Assembly: GCA_963753185.1 (NCBI GenBank)
Contig: CAVWBO010000007.1
Span: 1,610,914 to 1,674,913 of the forward strand
DNA: 64,000 nt
Source of the DNA: an uncultured Acidimicrobiia bacterium
GTDB taxonomy: Bacteria > Actinomycetota > Acidimicrobiia > Spongiisociales > UBA5794
Direction: 5' to 3'
Position 1 is the stretch's first letter, and every line of letters begins with the position of its first letter. Position numbers and translations under genes: made by a program. The notes beneath the pieces are model-generated. The model searched no databases. It saw only the letters and a program-made list of their open reading frames with translations, and was not told the origin of the DNA. Shown in pieces: positions 28,740 to 37,590 of this stretch.

Positions 28740-29837
28740 ATGACGAGGGATACAGCCAAGGCGCCGAGCACCTACTTGGCCGTCATCAAGGTGGTCGGTG
28801 TCGGAGGCGGAGGCGTCAACGCCGTCAATCGCATGATCGACATGGGAGTCGGTGGGGTCGAGTTCATCGCGGTGAACACCGACGCCCAGGCCCTCCTCAT
28901 GTCCGATGCCGATGTCAAGCTCGACATAGGGCGTGACTCCACGCGCGGTCTCGGAGCGGGGGCCAACCCCGAGGTCGGTCGCGAGGCCGCAGAGGACCAC
29001 AGGGACGAGATCGAGGATGCCCTCGGAGGGTCCGACATGGTCTTCATCACGGCCGGTGAGGGTGGGGGGACCGGCACCGGTGCAGCTCCCGTCGTCGCGG
29101 AGGTTGCTCGATCCCTCGGCGCACTTACCGTCGGCGTCGTCACACGGCCCTTCGGCTTCGAGGGCCGCCGCCGCTCCGTCCAGGCGGAGCAGGGAATCCA
29201 AGCCCTCAAGGCAGCGGTCGACACGCTGATCATCATTCCGAACGAGCGCCTCCTCGAGATCGCGGACCAGAACACTCCCGTCGTCGACGCCTTTCGGATG
29301 GCGGATGAGGTCCTCACGGCAGGGGTCAAGGGGATAACCGAGCTCATCACGACCCCGGGGCTGATCAACGTCGACTTCGCCGACGTGAAGACGGTGATGT
29401 CCGACGCGGGCTCAGCGGTGATGGGGATCGGTGTCGCAACGGGTGACAGTCGGGCCCTTCAGGCGGCCGAGAAGGCGATCTCGAGTCCACTACTCGAAAC
29501 CTCGATGGAGGGCGCACGGGGTGTGCTCTTGTCGATCGCTGGACCCAGGGACATGACCCTGCACGAGGTCAACACGGCCGCATCACTCATCAGCGAACAC
29601 TCCGACGCCGATGCGAACATCATCTTCGGATCGGTGATCGACGAGACGCTCGGTGATGAGATGCGGGTCACGGTCATCGCGGCCGGGTTCGACAGGGACC
29701 GACGGGGAAGCTTCACGCCGTCGCTCCCCGGCACGACGGCGCCACCTCGCCAACGGTCGTCGCTGCTCGATCAGGGTCGCGACGACGGACCTGATGGAAC
29801 CGACGAGATGGACATCCCCGGATTCGTTCAGGGATGA
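28740..29837 (+). CDS. ftsZ: cell division GTPase FtsZ
   Basis: Tubulin signature [20 protein letters not shown] motif, and a disordered C-terminal tail. A GGGAGAGG SD precedes the start. The alternative GTG is at 28731. Confidence 0.9.
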   Translation: MTRDTAKAPSTYLAVIKVVGVGGGGVNAVNRMIDMGVGGVEFIAVNTDAQALLMSDADVKLDIGRDSTRGLGAGANPEVGREAAEDHRDEIEDALGGSDMVFITAGEGGGTGTGAAPVVAEVARSLGALTVGVVTRPFGFEGRRRSVQAEQGIQALKAAVDTLIIIPNERLLEIADQNTPVVDAFRMADEVLTAGVKGITELITTPGLINVDFADVKTVMSDAGSAVMGIGVATGDSRALQAAEKAISSPLLETSMEGARGVLLSIAGPRDMTLHEVNTAASLISEHSDADANIIFGSVIDETLGDEMRVTVIAAGFDRDRRGSFTPSLPGTTAPPRQRSSLLDQGRDDGPDGTDEMDIPGFVQG

Positions 29838-30458
29838 TCCGATCGGAGGCGATCCGAACGGTCGCGTTCGGCACCCTCGCCGACGGCGACGGACGCACAG
29901 ACCCTGACGCGCGAAGTCGGATGAGCGCAACCCTCGGTATCCCCGACGCTTGGGCGACGATCACGCAGGTCCACGGCGCAACCGCGCGCCGCGCGATGGA
30001 GGCTTCCCCGCTCGGGGAGGCCGACGGGGTATGGACACCTGAACGGGATCTCCCGATCGTCGTGGCGACGGCAGACTGCGTTCCGGTGGCGATCGAGGCA
30101 GGCGGTGCCATCGGCCTTGTCCATGCGGGCTGGCGCGGCGTGGTGGCTGGCATCGTGACAGCGACGATCGAGGCAATGGTGGATGAGGGGCAGGAACCGG
30201 CACGCGGCAGTCCTGGGACCCCACATCGGGCCTTGCTGCTACGAGGTAGGTACCGAGGTCATCGAAGCCGTCGGGGGCCATGAATCACGAACCATGTGGG
30301 GGACGGTGAGTCTCGATCTCGCGGGGGCGATTCGCGAGCAGCTGGTGGACATTCCAGTCGAGGAGGTAGCGATCTGCACACGTGAGGACGGTCGTTTCTC
30401 ATCACATCGACGCAACGGCACCAGCCATCGACAGGTGACGGTGGCGTGGCGGTCGTAG
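29834..30458 (+). pseudogene. pgeF: pgeF/yfiH (DUF152 purine nucleoside phosphorylase/laccase-like), frameshifted around 30185-30210
   Basis: The N-terminal half (HAGWRG motif) is in one frame (29834..30283). The C-terminal half, with the IGPCCYEVG motif, is in the +1 frame (30183..30458). The frame switch occurs near a GGGG run. Confidence 0.7.
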
Positions 30459-31113
30459 GGCTCGATGCCGTGCTGGACCGGATTGCACGGGCATGCGCAC
30501 GTCGCGGTGTGGGGAGCGACGGCATCACACTCGTGGTCGTGTCGAAGCATCGCACGGACGAGGAGGTTCTCGCGGTGTACGAATGCGGCCAGCGCGTGTT
30601 CGCAGAGAATCGCGCACAGGAGCTCGCGCGCGACGCGACGCCGACCTCCCCGATGACATCGAATGGCACTTCGTTGGGCCCCTGCAGAGCCGGAAGGCGG
30701 CATCGGTCGGCGGGAACGCAGCGCTCCTGCAGTCGATGGACAGGCTGAAACTCGCTCGGATCTGGCGGGACCACTCCATCGACACACCGGTCCTGGTGCA
30801 GTTCAACCTGGCGGGAGAGCCGCAGAAGTCTGGGTTCCCGCCCGACGAGCCGGGTCGGGTCCTCGATGATCTCGTCACGCTCGGCCTCGATGTGAGGGGC
30901 GTGATGGCGATTCCTCCGAACGCCACCGATCCCGAGTCGGCGCGACCGTGGTTCGCCCGGCTCCGGGAGATTTTCGACCTCTACCGGAGGGACCTGCCGA
31001 CGATCGACACCTGTTCGATGGGTATGTCGAACGACCTCGAGGTCGCGATCGAGGAGGGTGCCACCATGGTGCGCATCGGACGGGCTATCTTTGACAGGAC
31101 AGCCGACACCTGA
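30446..31113 (+). pseudogene. yggS: PLP-homeostasis protein YggS (alanine-racemase-fold), frameshifted around 30631-30645
   Basis: The N-terminus (VVSKHRTDEEVLAVYECGQRVFAENRAQEL) is in frame 30446..30748. The rest (IEWHFVGPLQSRK...) is in frame 30493..31113. The shift lies in a gcgcgcgacgcgacgccgac repeat. Confidence 0.7.
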
Positions 31114-31135
31114 GACGACCTACGGGACGGTACGC

Positions 31136-31726
31136 ATGGCATCTCTGTGGAACAAGACGCTCTTCTACCTGGGTCTCATGGATGAGGACGCCCCGAGCGA
31201 CGAGGCCCGCGACCAGTCCGTCGGTGACGTACGCCCGATGGGAGCTGAACGACCAGGGACCCCGCCACCCGGGCAGATGTCGACGGTTCGCCCCCCGGGG
31301 AGTGGTGTCGCAGGACGCCGTGTCGAGCCTCCCGCATCGACCCGCCGCCAGATGTCGGGTGACCCCGGCCACGCGGAGGCAGGCGTGTACATCCACTCGA
31401 ACGTGTCATCCATCGGCGGGACGGACATGCCCATGCGGAGGACGGAACCGGAGTCCCAGATCATCGCCGCTCGGAACTTCTCGGACGCCCAGGCCCTCGC
31501 AGATGCGATCCGATCGGGCAGGAGCGTCGTCCTGGACCTTCGCGGCACCGAACCAGAGATGGTGAGGCGACTCGTCGACTTCGCCTCCGGCCTGACATAC
31601 GCGCTCGACGGGAAGATGTCGAAGACCTCGCAGGGCGTGATCCTCGTGACCCCGGGCGGTGTCAGCATCGGGATGGCTGAGCAGGAGCGGCTCTCCGCGC
31701 TCGGACTCTACGGATCAGCGAACTGA
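31136..31726 (+). CDS. sepF: cell division protein SepF
   Basis: MASLWNKTLFYLGLMDED N-terminus and a C-terminal DUF552 domain (VVLDLRGTEPEMVRRLVDFASGLTYALDGKM). Confidence 0.85.
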   Translation: MASLWNKTLFYLGLMDEDAPSDEARDQSVGDVRPMGAERPGTPPPGQMSTVRPPGSGVAGRRVEPPASTRRQMSGDPGHAEAGVYIHSNVSSIGGTDMPMRRTEPESQIIAARNFSDAQALADAIRSGRSVVLDLRGTEPEMVRRLVDFASGLTYALDGKMSKTSQGVILVTPGGVSIGMAEQERLSALGLYGSAN

Positions 31727-31727
31727 G

Positions 31728-31994
31728 GTGGGGATCCTTCGCACGCTGGTCCAGTTCGTTTCGCTCGCCCTTCTCGTGTGGATCGTGTTGTCCTACATCG
31801 TGGTGTTCGGGCGCATCCCGTTCGACCATCCGATCCGTCGGCTCTACGAGCTGCTGTCGCGCATGATCGAGCCGATCCTGCGTCCGATCAGGGCAGTCGT
31901 GCCTCCGGTGCGTGTCGGGGGAGCGGCACTCGACCTCTCGCCGCTGATCCTGATCTTCGGGCTCCAGATACTCGCTGCCGTGCTTCCACGCTGA
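31728..31994 (+). CDS. yggT: YggT-family membrane protein
   Basis: GTG immediately after the sepF stop. 88 aa with two TM helices; YggT pattern (ILSYIVVFGRIP...LLSRMIEPILRPIR). Confidence 0.75.
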   Translation: MGILRTLVQFVSLALLVWIVLSYIVVFGRIPFDHPIRRLYELLSRMIEPILRPIRAVVPPVRVGGAALDLSPLILIFGLQILAAVLPR

Positions 31995-31998
31995 AGGA

Positions 31999-34900
31999 TC
32001 ACGATTCCGTCGGCGCCTTGCTCACGGTGACGGTCATCGACGATCCGGCCAGCTCCACCAGGTCGCCGTCGGTCGCATCCCGCTCGATACGGACCGCAAG
32101 GACCTCGGATGCGATGAGGTCGGCGTGGAGCCCGAAGCATGCGACCACGTCGTCGTCGTCGGAGTCCCACCGGACGACGATCCGATCGACAACGTCGAGG
32201 CCCAGGTCGCGGCGCGCTGCCTGGAGCCTGTTGACGACTTCGCGTGCAAGGCCCTCGATGCGCAGATCATCGTCGAGCCGCGTGTCGAGGGCCACGGACA
32301 GGGAGCCCTCCGTCGCGACGACGGTGCCTTCTCGAGCTGTGCGGCTGATCACGAGGTCGTCTGCCACGAGACCGAAGCCGGTCACGGCTTCCGGTACCCC
32401 GTCGAGGATCGAACTCAGGGTCGCCTGGTCCAGCCCTGCGATCGCGTCGGCGACCGTGCCCATGAGTTTTCCGAATCGCGGCCCGAGGACCCTGAAGTTG
32501 GGTTTGGCCTCGAGGTCGACCAGGCCTGCCTCGTCGGCGTGGACTTCGACGGAATGGACGTTGAGCTCCTCGGCGATGAGCTCGGCATGGCTCGATATCG
32601 CCGCGCCCTCTGATGCCGACCTCGTCACCACCGTGACGAGGCGCAGGGGCTGGCGGGTCCGTATGCCCTCGCGCTTGCGTAGGCCGCGTCCGAGATTGAC
32701 GACGGTTCGCACCGTCGACATGGCGGCCTCGAGGCCGGGGTCGATCGATGAAGGCACCGCCTCGGGGTAGTCGGTGTGGTGGATGCTCCCCGGAGCGTCC
32801 GCGTTGATGGATCGAACGAGCCCTTGGTAGATCTCCTCCGTCACGAACGGCAGCACGGGTGCGGCCACGGAGGCGAACGTCGTGAGCACCTCGTACAGCG
32901 TCGCGAAGGCCGAGAGCTTGTCGGCGTCGTCCTCGATGCCGCGATGAGTCCAGAACCGGCGTCGGCTCCTGCGGATGTACCAGTTGGTGAGATGCTCCAC
33001 GAACCCGATCACCCGAGGGATGACGGCGTAGAGCCGATACGCCTCCATCTCCCTGTTGACATCGGAGATCAGGCTCTGGATCATCGAAACGATCCATCGA
33101 TCGATCTCGGGACGATCGTCGAGTGGGGGAGCGCCTTTGAGGTCCTGTGCGGTCAGACCGTCCGCCGCTGCGTATGTGGTGAAGAACGAGTACGAGTTCC
33201 ACAGCGGCAGGAGGACCGTGCGAACGACCTCTCGAACCCCAGCCTCGGAGAACCTGAGGGGCTCACCCCGCACGACGGGAGAGTTGATCAGATAGGCGCG
33301 AAGGGCGTCTGCCCCGAACTCGTCGAGCACATGGGAGGGATCCGGGTAGTTGCGGAGGGACTTCGACATCTTCCTGCCGTCCTCCGCGAGGATCATCCCT
33401 GTCACCACACAGTTCTGGAACGGGGCCTCGTCACGGATCGCAGTCGACAACACGAGCAGGGTGTAGAACCAGCCGCGCGTCTGGTCGAGCCCCTCGGCGA
33501 TGAAGTCCGCAGGGAATCGCTGCTCGAAGCGTTCGAGGTTCTCGAACGGATAATGGATCTGGGCGAACGGCATGGATCCGCTCTCGAACCAACAGTCGAG
33601 CACCTCGGGAACCCTGCGCATCGTTCCCGCGCATTCGTCGCAGGTCCACGTGATGGCATCGACGAAGTGTTTGTGCAGATCCTCGAGGCGCGTACCAGAG
33701 AGCTCAGCCAGTTGGTCGCGCGACGACACGGCCCTCATGTGCCCTCCCTCGTCGCACTCCCAAACAGGGATGGCCGAACCCCAGTATCGGTTGCGGCTGA
33801 TCGCCCAGTCCCTTGCGCCCTCGAGCCAGTTCCCGAATCGGTTCGCGCCGATCGCCTCGGGTATCCATCGGATTCCCTTGTTGATCTCGACCATGCGATC
33901 CCTGAACTGCTCGACTGCGACGAACCATGTAGGGATGGCCTTGTAGATCAGTGGTGTTCCCGTCCGCCAGCAGAACGGGTACGAGTGGTTGATGGTTGCC
34001 CGAGCAAAGAGCGCACCGGATTCTGCGAGAAGCGCCATCAGGGTTGCATCGGCCTCCTTGACGTTCATTCCCGAAACGTCAGGCACCTCGTCCGTGAAGC
34101 GGGCCTCCTCATCGACCGGATCCACCAGAACGTCGATCCCTGCCTCACCGAGGGCACGGAAGTCCGCTTCACCGTATGCCGGAGCCATGTGGACGAGGCC
34201 CGTACCCTCGTCTGTGGTCACATCGTTCGAGTGGATCACGACGAATGCACCGTCGGCCGCCCTCTCCGAGAAGTAGGGGAACGGCGGCCGATAGCGGGTG
34301 CCGATCAGGTCCGACCCCATCGCCGTACCGAGAACTTCGGCATCCTCGCCGAAGATCCGCTCGACGAGGTCTGTTGCCGACCAGTAGACGTGTTGTCCGG
34401 ATCGGATCCGTGTGTATTCGACGTTCGACCCGACGGCGATCGCCAGGTTTGCAGGGACGGTCCACGGGGTCGTCGTCCAGAACAGCAACCGATCGCCTGA
34501 GGTGACGGGACCATGTCCGTCGAGGACCTCCACGGCGACGGTGATGGCGGGATCGTCCACATCGCGGTAGTCCAGGTTCGCTTCGAAGTTCGACAGCGGC
34601 GTCGTCGCACCGTACGAGTACGGGAGAACCTTGAAGTCCCGATAGACGAGACCTCGATCCCACAGCTGTCCGAAGACCCACCAGACGCTTTCCATGAAGT
34701 CGACGTCCATCGTCTTGTAGTCGTTCTCGAAGTCGACCCACCGTCCGATGCGCCCTGTGATCTCGTACCAGTCCTCGGTCGTCGTATTGACCATCGCTCG
34801 GCACGCCTCGTTGAAAACGTCGATTCCGAGCGCCTGGATCTGGCGTGGACCCGAGACACCGAGTTGCTTTTCGACCTCCATCTCGACGGGGAGGCCGTGC

Positions 34901-35172
34901 GTATCCCACCCGAACCTCCGCTCGACGCGGTGTCCTCGCATGGTCCAATATCGCGGGACGATGTCCTTCACGACGCCTTGGAGGATGTGCCCGTAATGCA
35001 TCGACCCCGTGGCGAAAGGTGGCCCGTCGTAGAACGTGTACTCGGTCTCTGGGCTGCGAAGGTCAACGGACCTCGCGAAGGCGTCGATCGATTCCCAGAA
35101 CGCGAGGATCCGTGCGTCGAGCGCAGGGAAATCGACGGCGGAATCCACTCGGGGGAAGCTGGTCTCTGTCAC
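31999..35172 (-). CDS. ileS: isoleucyl-tRNA synthetase (type 2/eukaryote-like form)
   Basis: HIGH motif (HYGHIL), KMSKS motif (KMSKSLRN), and a C-terminal zinc-binding region. The start was moved to GTG 35172 (VTETSFPRVDSAVDFPALDARILAFW), preceded by a UGAGGA SD, because the track start 35262 lies upstream of the T-box motif. Confidence 0.85.
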   Translation of the reverse strand: MTETSFPRVDSAVDFPALDARILAFWESIDAFARSVDLRSPETEYTFYDGPPFATGSMHYGHILQGVVKDIVPRYWTMRGHRVERRFGWDTHGLPVEMEVEKQLGVSGPRQIQALGIDVFNEACRAMVNTTTEDWYEITGRIGRWVDFENDYKTMDVDFMESVWWVFGQLWDRGLVYRDFKVLPYSYGATTPLSNFEANLDYRDVDDPAITVAVEVLDGHGPVTSGDRLLFWTTTPWTVPANLAIAVGSNVEYTRIRSGQHVYWSATDLVERIFGEDAEVLGTAMGSDLIGTRYRPPFPYFSERAADGAFVVIHSNDVTTDEGTGLVHMAPAYGEADFRALGEAGIDVLVDPVDEEARFTDEVPDVSGMNVKEADATLMALLAESGALFARATINHSYPFCWRTGTPLIYKAIPTWFVAVEQFRDRMVEINKGIRWIPEAIGANRFGNWLEGARDWAISRNRYWGSAIPVWECDEGGHMRAVSSRDQLAELSGTRLEDLHKHFVDAITWTCDECAGTMRRVPEVLDCWFESGSMPFAQIHYPFENLERFEQRFPADFIAEGLDQTRGWFYTLLVLSTAIRDEAPFQNCVVTGMILAEDGRKMSKSLRNYPDPSHVLDEFGADALRAYLINSPVVRGEPLRFSEAGVREVVRTVLLPLWNSYSFFTTYAAADGLTAQDLKGAPPLDDRPEIDRWIVSMIQSLISDVNREMEAYRLYAVIPRVIGFVEHLTNWYIRRSRRRFWTHRGIEDDADKLSAFATLYEVLTTFASVAAPVLPFVTEEIYQGLVRSINADAPGSIHHTDYPEAVPSSIDPGLEAAMSTVRTVVNLGRGLRKREGIRTRQPLRLVTVVTRSASEGAAISSHAELIAEELNVHSVEVHADEAGLVDLEAKPNFRVLGPRFGKLMGTVADAIAGLDQATLSSILDGVPEAVTGFGLVADDLVISRTAREGTVVATEGSLSVALDTRLDDDLRIEGLAREVVNRLQAARRDLGLDVVDRIVVRWDSDDDDVVACFGLHADLIASEVLAVRIERDATDGDLVELAGSSMTVTVSKAPTES

Positions 35173-35174
35173 GG

Positions 35175-35365
35175 CGTCGTCCTCAATCTCGTCACCTCTC
35201 GGTGCCGGGACGGGGGACCCGCGGTACCACCCGGCTTGCCAGAACGAGTCTGGCCGCTCCATTCGACCCGTTTCGTGGGCTGACCGACGGGTTCTACTCC
35301 CGACGCCAAACGGCCGTCGGTTTCTTCCCGTAGCTCGGAGGTGATGTTCCCCTTCGCAGGTGGCG
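35175..35365 (-). ncRNA. T-box leader (Ile specifier) regulating ileS
   Basis: Exact T-box core GGGUGGUACCGCG on the minus strand (plus 35220-35232), about 45 nt upstream of the ileS start. A candidate specifier loop (AACAUCA, giving AUC followed by A) lies near 35344-35346, about 120 nt 5' of the T-box. Confidence 0.7.
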
Positions 35366-35488
35366 GCCTCTCACCGGCACCGCCTCGCTGTGGACCTGGT
35401 ATCGGAGGGGATTCGTCCTCGTCGACGCGCCTCAAGAGGATAGCGCGCCGGGGACGGACATCGAGCCGCGAGCCCCTATCGTCGCGTC

Positions 35489-35788
35489 GTGTCATCTGCG
35501 ATCAGGCCGTCCGAGTCAGGCGTCGTCGTGGACGTCCTCGTCCAGCCAAACGCCAGTGCGGCGGAGATCGTGGGACCCCATGGGGACCGCATCAAGGTAC
35601 GGGTCACGGTTCCACCCGAGCGGTTGCGAGCGAACGAAGCGGTGTGCACCCTGCTTGCGCGTGCCTGTGGCGTGCGCGGCGCAACCGTTGTGGCTGGTCG
35701 AACAACGCGAGCAAAGACCGTCGAACTCCATGGCGCGGACATCGCGAAGGTCCGATTGGTGCTGCTCGGACCGCAGAAAGGAACGTGA
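35489..35788 (+). CDS. YggU-like DUF167 protein
   Basis: 99 aa; the DUF167 pattern (VVVDVLVQPNASAAEIVG...RIKVRVTVPPERLRANEAVCTLLA) is read directly from the sequence. Divergent from ileS. Confidence 0.6.
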   Translation: MSSAIRPSESGVVVDVLVQPNASAAEIVGPHGDRIKVRVTVPPERLRANEAVCTLLARACGVRGATVVAGRTTRAKTVELHGADIAKVRLVLLGPQKGT

Positions 35789-35822
35789 CGGTGCTACATT
35801 CCTCCCGCCAGCAGGAGGAGAC

Positions 35823-36194
35823 ATGGCCAGGCAACTCTCAGCTTCGACGCTCGACCGTCTCCGCCGCAAACTCGCGGAAGAGCGTGAACGCCTCGAGCAG
35901 ATAATCGACGAGCATGAGCGGGAGCGTGAGGAGAGCAAGCTCTCCGAAGCATCGGCCGACCGCAGCGCCGATCCCGACAACGTCGATGGCGGTGCCATCG
36001 AAGTCGAGATGGAGATGGACATCGCGATGGTCCAGAATGCCCGAGGCCTGCTCGAACGTGTCAAACATGCACAGGATCGCATGCAGAAGGGTCTCTACGG
36101 AACATGCGAAGTGACGGGCGAACCGATTCCGCTGGCTCGGCTGGAAGCCCTGCCGTACGCGACGACGACGGTGGAAGCGGCAAACCGCATCTGA
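35823..36194 (+). CDS. DksA/TraR-family protein, zinc-finger cysteines mostly absent
   Basis: ATG preceded by a GGAGGAG SD; coiled-coil N-terminus. The C-terminal GLYGTCEVTGEPIPLARLEALPYATTTVEA retains the DksA/TraR finger spacing but has only one Cys. Confidence 0.6.
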   Translation: MARQLSASTLDRLRRKLAEERERLEQIIDEHEREREESKLSEASADRSADPDNVDGGAIEVEMEMDIAMVQNARGLLERVKHAQDRMQKGLYGTCEVTGEPIPLARLEALPYATTTVEAANRI

Positions 36195-36646
36195 GCAACA
36201 GGCTGCTCGCCATCGCCGTCGCGGGTGCGGTGGTCCTCGTCGACCAGGTCACCAAGTGGTGGGCCGTCAATGAGCTGGCGGACGGTCCGGTCGTCCTCAT
36301 CGACGACTTCCTCCAGCTCCGTCTGCTGTTCAACACGGGAGCATCCTTCTCGATCCTGTCCAACGCAGGGCCGATCCTCGCCATCGTCGCCTTCGGCGTG
36401 ATCGGCCTCATCATCTACATCCTCGGTGATGCATCCCGTCGCGTCGAAGCCGTTGCCCTGGGACTCGTGCTCGGCGGCGCAGTCGGCAACCTGCTCGACA
36501 GGGTTCTTCGCGGAGATGGGCTCCTCGACGGAGCGGTCGTCGACTTCATCGACTTCTCGTTCTTCGCGACGTTCAACGTGGCCGACGCGGCGATCAACGT
36601 CGGAGTCGTGCTCCTTCTGATCGCGACCTTCGTCCGCCGCCGATGA
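36104..36646 (+). CDS. lspA: lipoprotein signal peptidase II
   Basis: Four-TM signal peptidase II pattern (VDQVTKWWAV...NTGASFSIL...DFIDF...FNVADAAI). The start is uncertain; the only in-frame start is ATG 36104, which overlaps the upstream gene. Confidence 0.8.
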   Translation: MRSDGRTDSAGSAGSPAVRDDDGGSGKPHLSNRLLAIAVAGAVVLVDQVTKWWAVNELADGPVVLIDDFLQLRLLFNTGASFSILSNAGPILAIVAFGVIGLIIYILGDASRRVEAVALGLVLGGAVGNLLDRVLRGDGLLDGAVVDFIDFSFFATFNVADAAINVGVVLLLIATFVRRR

Positions 36647-37590
36647 CGTCCGTCGTCGTCCCCATGGAGCTCGATGGCGAACGAGCGGACAAAGTGATCG
36701 CCGTGGTTCTCGACGTGGCTCGGTCAGAGAGTCGTGGTGCCTTCGACGAGGGAAGGGTGTCCATCGCCGGCCATGCCGTCAGGCCGGGGCAACGCGTTGC
36801 AGGAGGCGATCAGATCGAGGTCGAGCTCGCTGCGAGGGCCGTCGACCTCGTCGCTGATCCTTCCGTGCCGTTCTCCGTCGTCTATGAGGATTCCGATCTT
36901 GCCGTCGTGGACAAGCCCGTCGGCGTGGTCGTCCATCCTCCATCCGACCGGGCTGCACCCTCGCTCGTCCATGGATTGATCGCACGCTACCCGGAGATCG
37001 TGGGCGTCGGCGTCGACGGGAGGTGGGGTATCGTGCATCGACTCGACAGGGACACATCCGGCCTGCTCGTGGTTGCCAGGACGCATCGTGCCCACGAAGC
37101 GCTCAGCGAGCTGATGCGGTCCCGGCGGGTGTCCCGTCGATACCTGTCGCTCGTTGCTGGTGCATTCGATGCCGCTCGGGGGACGATCGATGCGCCGATC
37201 GGGCGTGATCCCTCGAATCCGACGAGGATGCGGATCGACCGGGCCGGTCGAAGGTCGATCACGCACTACCGAAGGATCGCGACCTGGGCGGACCGCGACC
37301 TGTCCCTGGTGTACGTAGCCCTCGAGACGGGGAGGACGCACCAGATCAGGGTTCACATGCAGGCGATCGACCATCCCATCGTCGGGGACCCGTCGTACGG
37401 CCGTCCGGGTGGCGACGCCGACCCGGGGAGGCCGTGGCTCCATGCCCAACGGTTGGTCTTCGACCATCCGTTCGCGGATCGGGTCGTCGATGTCACGGCC
37501 GATCTTCCCGCCGATCTCGTCGATAGTCTTGCGCGCATCGGGCCGCCGACGAGCGGCTCGATCGACGACTTCGCCGAGGAGCTGCCATGA
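36643..37590 (+). CDS. RluA-family pseudouridine synthase (RluD-like)
   Basis: S4-like N-terminus and the catalytic HRLDRDTSGLLVVART motif. Confidence 0.8.
   Translation: MTSVVVPMELDGERADKVIAVVLDVARSESRGAFDEGRVSIAGHAVRPGQRVAGGDQIEVELAARAVDLVADPSVPFSVVYEDSDLAVVDKPVGVVVHPPSDRAAPSLVHGLIARYPEIVGVGVDGRWGIVHRLDRDTSGLLVVARTHRAHEALSELMRSRRVSRRYLSLVAGAFDAARGTIDAPIGRDPSNPTRMRIDRAGRRSITHYRRIATWADRDLSLVYVALETGRTHQIRVHMQAIDHPIVGDPSYGRPGGDADPGRPWLHAQRLVFDHPFADRVVDVTADLPADLVDSLARIGPPTSGSIDDFAEELP

Noticed and set aside
35173-35262. ORF-track start of ileS at 35262 (MERPDSFWQAGWYRG...)
   Set aside because: This N-terminal extension would translate the T-box core sequence itself (GWYRG is encoded by GGGUGGUACCGCGGG). 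The downstream GTG 35172 has an SD and matches the conserved IleS N-terminus (FP..D.P.LE..IL.FW).
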